Source: Styela clava
Lineage: Eukaryota
Direction of reading: 5' to 3'
DNA: 64,000 nt
NCBI RefSeq assembly: GCF_964204865.1
Contig: NC_135263.1
Span: 11,842,001-11,906,000, forward strand
Numbering within the stretch: the stretch's first letter is position 1; each line of letters opens with the position of its first letter. The notes beneath the pieces were generated by a model that was given only the letters and a program-made list of their open reading frames with translations, searched no databases and was not told the origin of the DNA. Below are positions 55,093 to 64,000 of this stretch, in pieces. The translations under genes and the position numbers were made by a program.

Positions 55093-58000
55093 GTAAGAAA
55101 TTCTCTTTATGGGGTGTGGGTAGGAAATTGAGACAATATACGAATCCGAATAGGACAACACTCTAACTAACTAAACTATAACCAGTCCCACCATTTTTGG
55201 CCGCGGACCACTGCCAAGCCAAAATGAATCATGGCGGACTCACGAAAATTGAATAAAAGTTAATTTTATCGAGATTTGTTTATTAGAACAACTGCAAAAA
55301 CACCATTCATCGTTTAAATTTGCAGCTTTGCTGACACAATTTTCCAAAAAAGTGAAAAATAAGCTGATAAGCAGAGCACTAAAATGTATATTATTATCAC
55401 GTAACAAGTAGTTTGTGCAACTAAAACGGTATAGTCGAATTGTTAAACGATTGCGTAAAGTCGTAATAATTACTATTGTTATTCTGTTGCCAATATGTAT
55501 GAGGACTTACTAAAGCTCTTTACGGACTCATTTGAGTCCTCGGCGCTGGGTTGGCAAACACTGCGACAATAGGTTCATTGTGTAAAACGCTGGAATCATA
55601 CTTTGTACGCCTGCAATGTAAAACAAGTATTTCTCGAACCAACAACAATACAAATCTGGTCAATCATTTGGGTGTTGTTGCGTGTACCGGACATGACATA
55701 CTTTAAATGTTTATATTGCGCTTAGGAGTGCCGGAATACAGTATGAATATATTTGTGAAAATGATTAATTATGATGAAATGTTTATCTGACGGGCTTATC
55801 TTGAACATCGATGTTGGCCGATTAAATTAAACCTATAGGGTGTTTTTGTTTTGTAAAATAAACTAAAACGTATGTTTTTATTAGATGTAAATATTTCAAA
55901 GTCAGCACGATTCGATCGATATTATATTTAGCAGGATTATCACATTCCTTCTTTCCTTTTTCGTGGAGACAAAATTTTTGTATATATATTTATCATCAAG
56001 AGATAAAATAATATTAGTAATATGAGCAATGAATAATGAATGGGTTTATGAGTTTTCAAAAAATCATCACTTTATATTTATAACTTACTGAAGACATTTA
56101 TCAGCCAACAATTTATTCATTGTCAAATTTTGAATATTCGTCATGTTTTGTTGCTATACTACAATTTGGCCGAAATAGCAGTTACGAAGAAAACTATTTT
56201 AATGGGAGAAATATTTTCAAAAAAGCTGTTTATTATCATCATTATCAATAAAAATACAACATTTGTTGTAGCGTATCTTTCCACTTCACTTCCGGTTATT
56301 TAATAAAATATAAATTTCGCAACAACATGTCCAAACTCATTGAGTACAGAGCACAGCTTCAATAGCAATGTCCGTTAGGGTTAATAGAGCCAACATCTTA
56401 TATAATATACAGGCTTGTCCATGGGACATATTTTTCTGTCCCATTCCCATCCCATAGCAATTATGCCTGTCCTATCCCATCCCATGGGATTCCAATGGGA
56501 AATAACAAAATTAACGGACTTTGTTAACTTTATATTCATAACTATTAGACATGTTAGACATTAGCTCCTTCACGAAGTATATTGTTAATGCTGAATATAT
56601 TTTGCTCTTTATAACTAACAAGAGAGCCATGCCCAAATATATGAACACGACGTCCATAACGAAATGTTTTACCATCATTTCCTCGAAAATCATACGGTTT
56701 TTGTTTCCCATGGAAAATACAAATGTGTGCTGCTGTCCCATCCCATGAGACGTTTCCCACGGGAATCCCAGTACCACGGACAAACCTGATAATATATCTA
56801 TATAATATAATATCTTTATATAAACTCGTTAAAGAACAATTTTTTCGGAAGCGGCCAATCACCAGCTTTACATTTGTCAAACATTATTGATTCAATGAAA
56901 GCATATAAAAATTTTAGTCGTGAGGTTAACCTAATAAAAACAAGAGAGCTATGCTCAAATATATGGACACGTAGCGCTACCCAATGGCAATAATTTTGAT
57001 GACGTCATAGCAAAAAAAAAAAAGTAATAGCCTTCTGGAGAAAAATTATATCTTTAACCACTGAAAATTTTAAAGCAATTGGTCCAGTATTCGAAGAGAA
57101 AAGCGATTTTTTGATGATAATGACGAAAGAAAATAACAATAACAACAAAATTTTGAAACGATCGTTATGGCCACTAAACGTGTCCAATAAGCGCCGTTGT
57201 ACGAACACTAGTCAAATTTGAAAAACTATTTTGGCTGAAATCTATTGCTACATTATTTTGAGTCTGATCCAATACTTATTGAATATTCCAAATCTGATAT
57301 GTCTCAATTAAAAATCTTTCTCGCCAATTAACGCTGTCAATTATATAGATTTTCGGCAATTTCTACACTATTGAGAATTCAGTAAAATGAATACAATAAC
57401 ATTGCTAGATTACATTAATTGTAGTATTAACTGATAGATCATGACAAATTAAAATCAGTTAAAACAAACTATACAATCACTCCTATCAGTTGATATCAAG
57501 CTAAGTAGTAACAACATTCTCGCACGACATTAGAATTTCGATGAAAAAAAACGTGAGACCGTGGAGTACTCTAATTTAGAAAAATTTATATTTGACGTAT
57601 TGTGTATTAAATTTGAGAATATAATCTGGTCATTACAGGCCTGTAAGCGTTTATATTTGGTCTTTACGATAAAGTTTTCAGAAAAACAAACCAGAGATTA
57701 CTCTCTTTCGGATCAAACATTGTAGACAGAATCTGCGTCCTGTCATATATATCAAGAATAGTTAGGCCAAATTATTAGTAATCTTTGGCGTGAAACTACA
57801 CAACAGCGAATTGATATTATGAGAATTAATTATTTCATTTAGATGGTGAAAATCACAAATGCCGAACTCGAACTTGTTAGTTTTTTGAAAGGAGCTTCGT
57901 ATACTTCTTTTCTTATGGCAACTTTGAGGTGAGGATATGTTAACTAGTATTCGTGCAGTAAACCAAAACATGGATATAACGAAAGGGGCAAGTTCTACCC

Positions 58001-61000
58001 AAAGGTACAACACGCTGTATGGCTTGACGTCCAATCGTTTTAAACATAAGCACTTATATATGATTCAAACCCATGTCTTTTGTGAAAGATGAGAATATGT
58101 AAAGAAAAGCATGTACGTACCTTCAATAATTAGACTACTGTGCCGAGTAGGTCCAGTACCTGTTCAAACATGAGTCTAATTCAGGGGTCACCAAACTTTT
58201 TTGACCGCGGGCCGGGTATGACTCAAATTGTGTTGAAACGGGCCGGATGAATATTTTTGTCAATGCAATACAATAAATTCACAAATGTTGGGAATATCGC
58301 AGAATATAGATCGAGAACATCCTATGAAAAAAAATAACAAGATTCCTATATCTAGACAACTATCCTGAGTTTAGCTGTTATCAAAACGTTGCTGTCATGA
58401 ATTAGAAATGTTACAAAATCCGCGGCAAAAAATGTGGGCATCGCGTCTGCTGGGTACCGTTACGCCGTGTTGAAATACCGCTCATAAAACCGACTAACTG
58501 CTGTAGCTTGGAATTCTATGAAATTTTGACATAATTTAGATAAAATAAACAACTATTATCTGGTATTTGATTTTTTTCATTTGCGCATAAATTTGCCAAC
58601 ATTCGACGCTTTTAAAAATTACGCTCCAGTTATACGTAGTTCAAATTTATGATATTGTCTATGGACACCAATAAAATTTATGTGGACGTGTGTATTTCTT
58701 TCCTAACTTAATACAATTTTTATGAAGTTCGTACAATCAGAACACCGTTAATTATTACCCACAATGAACCACTGTCAAACTATCATGCACAACTGCAGCG
58801 TTTATTTGCGACGATCTTTCGGCGGTGTCAATGACCGTTGTCAGAATAAAATCCTGAAATAGTCTCAATTTACCATAGATGTGACGCACATCGAAAGATT
58901 AGTGATTGATATGTGTTATTTTTCCATATTTAGTTCAGTTCTTATCAAAAAAGTAATACAATCATTATGAAAAAAATTGGTCTGTCAGGCGGTACTAAAA
59001 TTTCGATATCTTCGTTATTTCTTGATCGTTTATTATAAACTTGGTATTGTTTTCTATTTTTACTCAGATCTTTCCACTGGAATAGTTTTTATTTAAATCG
59101 GATGAACTTCAATTTTTTTGTAACATATACCTACATGAATATCCGCATTAAAGCAGTACAAAAGTTAGTGTGGCTTTTGAAATTGGAGCAGTACGCGAGG
59201 GATTACAGTACTGTTAGCACAAAATGCACATTCGACGTTTATTTTAGCACAAAAAAAACATACAGTTTCGTCGAAAGCACGCGCCACGAGTGTACAAGTG
59301 TATCGCAGAAAACGTTACGTACTGGTAGCATTCAAAGTCGCAAAAACGAAGTTTTGTTTACAACCATGACTGAAAATCTGTCAGGGTGACAAAAGTGTCT
59401 GAGCGGATGCGGAAAGGCCTATTATTACGTCACTTTTTTGCATCTTGTCGATTGGGCCATGTTACGATATAAACAAAGACGACGATGCTCGTGAAAATCT
59501 TCCTTGGAAAAAAATTTAGCCATTTTTGTGTGTTATTGCGGACCGGATAAAATGACGCCGCGGGCCGGATAAAATGACGTCGCGGGCCGGATGCGGCCCG
59601 CGGGCCGTAGTTTGGTGACCCCTGGTCTAATTTAACAGCAAAGTAATGGCTAATCTGTTTTCTCTTCCCCCATCTAGCTTGACTCTCCTGAATTTGTCCG
59701 TGAAGTCAACATATACCAGATCGTATGAAACATTTGTGCAAATGCATTCAAAACACAAGTATAGCAGCAGATTAAATTCAATTTTATCAGTATTCAGGTA
59801 AGTCGTTCAGGTGCATGTAATTTAAAGTTATATATATGTAAAAGGTTTCAATAACGGGATTTGAAGAATTAAAAATATTGTTAATGCACCTGAGTAGACA
59901 ACTTCTTTGACACAAAAGTGTTAATTAGATATCAATGACCTTACTGTCATGAGTGTCATTATAATATATAGCCTACTAAAGACTCGTCGTCGGAGAAATG
60001 AACGATGGATGACCTTAGTTTATTGACTACATATTGTTGTTAGAAGTGAAAATCCTCTCATACAGAAAAAAGTCTCACGTAAGAAAAATGGTGATTGGAA
60101 TTTGGTTGGTTTTGCCAATATTTATTGCAATCGCGATGTTTACAAGATGTACCGCAGAAGAACATGATTGTACTAACGGATGTGCTACTATCATAATGGA
60201 TTCAAATGGGGATGAACAAACTCTATGCAACAGGTATGTGCCAAAGACCAAAATCATTATATATGATAAAATTTGTCATAAATAGCTACTAAATTACCAG
60301 TATGATATAAACAAGAAAGAAATACTCGAAAATATGGACATGAAGACTAAAACAAAGTAATGCCGGTATGCAATCTGTCACAGTAGGCTACCGGTACGGC
60401 AGTCGTTCCGACTAACCGAAAAATGGAACCGCCACATGGTGCATAATTTTCTAAATGGCGTCATCGCACAAAAAACGAAACCCATGGAGTCCACAGAATT
60501 TTTTTGAATACATAAAAGTAATAGTCTTCTAGCGAAAATATAATCTTTACCCAATGAAAACTTGAAGCGATTGGTCCAGTAGTTAATGAGAAAAGCAGCG
60601 ATTTTTTTCATAACGATAAGAAGAAAAATACCAACAAGAACATCATAATAACAATACGATTCATATGTACATGTCGTGTCCGCAATGCCCAAATATAGGG
60701 CAATGAAGGCCAAAACGTAATATTTTACCAACAATTCCACGGCAATTATACGGAACAGCTACAATCACTCACCAGTACAGAGGTACTTGTATCATGGTAC
60801 TGGTAACGGTAGCCGGGCTGTCCTAGCTTTCTCAAGTTCTGTGAGGATGATTCATGCTTCCATATTCAACATTAATTGATATACCAAATGATCCGAGTCA
60901 CCACTGTATTATCAGATCCGGTACCCACCGTTCCCCTTGAAAAACTACTGACTTTTGCTAAGCATTAAATCAACCGAGTCCGAGATCCAACGGACTTGCG

Positions 61001-63761
61001 GTCTCCGGTCGCGGAACCGCTACAATTAGTTTTTATTTTTAATTTCGGCGACGTCACCGCACAAAACTTCAGATAGAAAAACGAATCGCAAAGAGCTCAC
61101 AGGTGGTTCTAAAATAAATAAATAATAGTCGTCTAGCGACAACAACAATCTTCAACCTCTAAAAATTTCAAAGCAATTGGTCCAGTGGTTAAAGATTGTT
61201 GTTGTCGCTAACAACAATACTATTAATAACAAGAAAAAAATACCACAAAAACAAAACGATTCACAGGTCCACTTCATGTCCAAATATTCATAATATAAAA
61301 ACAGGTTATGAATCAATTCTGACTATTAAATTTACAGCCAACCGTATTGTTCCCGTTTTATGGCCCCTCTTGGATCTCCATTTATACTACTTGTGAATGG
61401 AATGTCGTGGTTTTGTTTCGTCACCTTAATTGCTAGTACAATATCAGTGGTTTGCGTCAAAGTCGTTTTAACATCCAGCACACCTGCAAAACAAAGTGAG
61501 TAAAGAAGTATATTGTATATATATGAAATACTCGACACAGCAAAATTTAGTTTGAATAAATATGTTTTACCTTATTAAAGATTTGTTGTGAAATCATGGT
61601 CTCTTTCTATTCTATGTCATGCGCCTCCAGTGGTCGTGTAATAGTCAACCATAGATACATGCGTTGCCGTAATATTGCAATTTGAAATTTTCTGAGTTAT
61701 CTAAGTTTGCCGCTGTACGAAGCTCGACACTTCACCAAGTTTCACTTGTTGGCGTTGGCGATGTTGGCGTTTGGTACAAAATATTCGATTTTTTACAATT
61801 TTATTCAGTTACAACAATTTCAACGAACTCAACAAGCGTCGAAGGCGATACAAAAACGCCAGTGTCAGAACTTCAAGTTCCTGGAACAAGCAGAAGCTTG
61901 ATGTACGATGAGGGTGACGATTTGTCAATTGGTCCAATGGTTGTTGCTAAGCGTCGATTTGGATGCAACAAAGATTTTGTATCAAAGTTCTCTCTTGCGG
62001 TTACGAGCCTACAGATGATATTTTGGGTTCCGGTAACCGCTCTTACTCTTAGGGGATATATCCTGCAAACGTCATACACTAAATATTATACACTGGAAAT
62101 GATCAACGTAAGTACTATAGGTTTGGTGTTTGATAATAGAAAGCGCGGGCAATGGCTGTAGGGATGAAAACCGAATTAAGAAGACATATTAGCCTTTTCC
62201 GGGTATACTGCGTTCGCCCTGCTCGGTCAGCTCGTAGTAATTAATTTGAGTAATTTTGTAGTTTAGGCTTCTTCTAATATATATTATATGTTCAGAACGT
62301 TTTCTTCGTACCAAGTCTTTTAAATCCATGGATATGTATTTTTACAATGAGCAAACTGAGAGATGCTATCAGAACGGCCTATATTGAGCGCAGGTATGAA
62401 ATTAATCCCCCTAATTACTGATCAACTGACATGAAAATATTTTTGTAACAGCCTTTTTCTCTGTTTCTCAAAGCCCTGGCATAATTATAACATAATTATA
62501 AGAAGATTTTATCATAGCAATTAGTGATAGCTTAGTAGATTATCTTCAACACAAGCAATTAAACATACCACAGGTGAATTATTCCTAATAACAAAAAACC
62601 ATTCATTCTCATAACGCTTCCACGGTAATCACAGGTTGAGAAACAAGATCACAAGGAACCATTCTACTACTGGTGATTAATACTACTACCAAGAATTATT
62701 GCATGCATGGAAACAATCTAAATAATAAAACAGTTCACATATAAAATTTCTCCTTTTTGTGCCTTGCTAATGGTGGTTGTACTATACTGAACAAAAAATT
62801 GATAATATTGGTATAGCCATTTTTTGAACTTTTTTGTTAACTCGAACAAAGAAGTATAGTATATTCTGGAGCAAAACCTTTTCAAAGTGCGTGACACAAA
62901 CGTATGGCCGATTTCAGTGATATAAATGAGATTGTTATTTAAATTGTATATATATGTATTTCTTCCACATTCAATGATTCGTCTCATCGGTTATTGGTCA
63001 AAATGGCTGAAATAGAAAAGCCCAATTGAATTAATTTTACATTGAGCTAATCTGTCACACGCACACTTTCGGCGTTGTTCAGTTGATTCACCGATTATTG
63101 ATTCTGCTAGTGATTTGTGCCGGACTATCTGGCAAAATTCATTCCAAGTTGTTATACTAAGTTGGGGTTTTAATTCGTGTCAACCCAGAATTTTTAATAA
63201 ATCTTTTTTAAAAAATGTTTGAACTTATTTTATATTGATTGCATGTGACTAATCGGGAACTTCATGATGGTGAATGAGCTACATAATAGTTCCCATTAGT
63301 GTGATTAGCTTTTATGAAAAAGAGAAGGAATTAATAAATATGAAGCTACTGTCGGATTTTAATAGCCAATCTAATTAATATTCTTCAGCCATAAAGAACA
63401 ATGCAAATCCGATTTAATCCGCAGTGCATGGGGGTCGAAGGTGAGAATTTGCGCTGGCAAGAGCCTGCTTTTTTGGTATTTACACACGGATATTTTGAAA
63501 TCTTTGCTCGGTAGACGCTTATAATGCATGTCTCTGTTTTCGCAGCTTTGCTTTCTATATCATATGGTTTGGTGTCGTTGCACAAAATTAATAATAGCTT
63601 GAATCCAAATATTTCGACTTACGAATCAGATCCTTCTTTTACTAATATTATGATCCTATGATACAACAACAATTTCAAATTCACCGCCGTATGTCAACGA
63701 TATATAAATTTTACAGGATATGTTGTGGCATCTGATTCCATCTACAACAAAAATTATGTAA
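54820..63761 (+). CDS. Class A GPCR, lysophospholipid (LPA/S1P, EDG)-receptor-like, atypical
   Basis: Phase-consistent exons: 54820-55092 (TM1 IILENTLL, TM2 LVCAD), 57843-57928, 59678-59797 (TM3/ICL2), 60066-60233 (TM4 IW), 61338-61495 (CSRFMAPL, like LPAR CSxMAPL, + TM5), 61809-62107 (TM6 FWVP), 62296-62393 (TM7 SLLNPW). 3' end is either 63389-63440 + 63717-63761 (432 aa) or 63717-63735 (406 aa); this end is uncertain. Confidence 0.85.
55181..55563. mobile_element. hAT-Charlie MITE remnant (one end missing)
   Basis: CCGCGGACCACTG/GGACTCA motifs and terminal GGTTGGCAAACACTG; no TSD. Confidence 0.45.
56410..56788. mobile_element. hAT MITE, 379 bp, TCCCA(T) subterminal repeats
   Basis: TIR CAGGCTTGTCC / GGACAAACCTG; perfect 8-bp TSD ATAATATA. 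Confidence 0.9.
56939..57188. mobile_element. Helentron/DINE-1-like (HINE) non-autonomous element, copy A
   Basis: Begins AACAAGAG in an A-run; subterminal inverted repeat TGGACACGT...ACGTGTCCA; (AAC/AAT)n tract; core AAGCAATTGGTCCAGT shared with copies at 60310 and 61050. Confidence 0.65.
57843..57928 (+). CDS. GPCR coding exon 2 (ECL1/TM3 start)
   Basis: MVKITNAELELVSFLKGASYTSFLMATL; TTTAG/GTGAGG, phases 0/2. Confidence 0.78.
58182..59624. mobile_element. hAT-Charlie-type non-autonomous DNA transposon, 1443 bp
   Basis: Perfect 16-bp TIR CAGGGGTCACCAAACT; perfect 8-bp TSD GTCTAATT (58174-58181, 59625-59632); CGCGGGCCG subterminal motifs. Confidence 0.93.
59678..59797 (+). CDS. GPCR coding exon 3 (TM3 end/ICL2)
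   Basis: LTLLNLSVKSTYTRS...LSVF; pyrimidine tract + TAG, GTAAGT. Confidence 0.78.
60066..60233 (+). CDS. GPCR coding exon 4 (TM4/ECL2)
   Basis: KKSHVRKMVIGIWLVLPIFIAIAMF...LCN. Confidence 0.82.
60310..60692. mobile_element. HINE-like element, copy B
   Basis: AACAAGAAAG...AATATGGACATGA start; AAAAGTAATAGTCTTCTAGCG...ATTGGTCCAGT...GAGAAAAGC core; TCGTGTCC end. Confidence 0.65.
61046..61285. mobile_element. HINE-like element, copy C (partial)
   Basis: TAATAGTCGTCTAGCG...AAAGCAATTGGTCCAGT core; ends CTTCATGTCCAAAT. Confidence 0.6.
61338..61495 (+). CDS. GPCR coding exon 5 (ECL2/TM5)
   Basis: QPYCSRFMAPLGSPFILLVNGMSWFCFVTLIASTISVVCV. Confidence 0.85.
61809..62107 (+). CDS. GPCR coding exon 6 (ICL3/TM6)
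   Basis: TTISTNS...FSLAVTSLQMIFWVPVTAL...EMIN; GTAAGT. Confidence 0.85.
62296..62393 (+). CDS. GPCR coding exon 7 (TM7/helix 8)
   Basis: NVFFVPSLLNPWICIFTMSKLRDAIRTAYIER. Confidence 0.85.
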
Positions 63762-64000
63762 ATAGAGCATCATATTTTCGTCATTTTCAGTTAAACAATT
63801 TTGAATTTCGAACTTCAGACCGTCTTCGTGCAATCAATATTTCAATGTTTGCTTTTCGTTTTGTATACTTATATAATCAGGGCCCAGAGTGTAATGAATA
63901 AATGTTTCTGTTTAAACTATAAAAATATTTTTGTTGTGTATCTTCAATGAAATTTAGAAATATATATGTTATAAACAGGACGCTTATTCGATTAGAGGAA

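Overview
AT-rich eukaryotic (animal) genomic DNA with spliceosomal GT-AG introns, so the six-frame ORF track mostly shows exon fragments and noise. Inference: an invertebrate chordate, probably an ascidian (vertebrate-like TMEM131, an EDG-type receptor, compact introns, patchy CpG depletion). Two divergent genes were assembled by hand, with every intron phase checked. (1) A complete 39-exon TMEM131 on the minus strand (40670..702, 5937 nt CDS, 1978 aa). (2) An LPA/S1P (EDG)-like class A GPCR on the plus strand (54820..~63761) that lacks the E/DRY and NPxxY motifs and has two possible C-termini. Introns and the 14-kb intergenic region hold a dead 5'-truncated LINE, several hAT-type MITEs (three with perfect 8-bp TSDs), a Helentron/DINE-like family, SINE-like copies and tandem repeats. 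The most notable unexplained structure is a ~3-kb CpG-rich, promoter-motif-bearing island in the otherwise CpG-poor TMEM131 intron 6. I found no prokaryote-type system (no CRISPR, tRNA or rRNA) and cannot claim a wholly new system from sequence alone.
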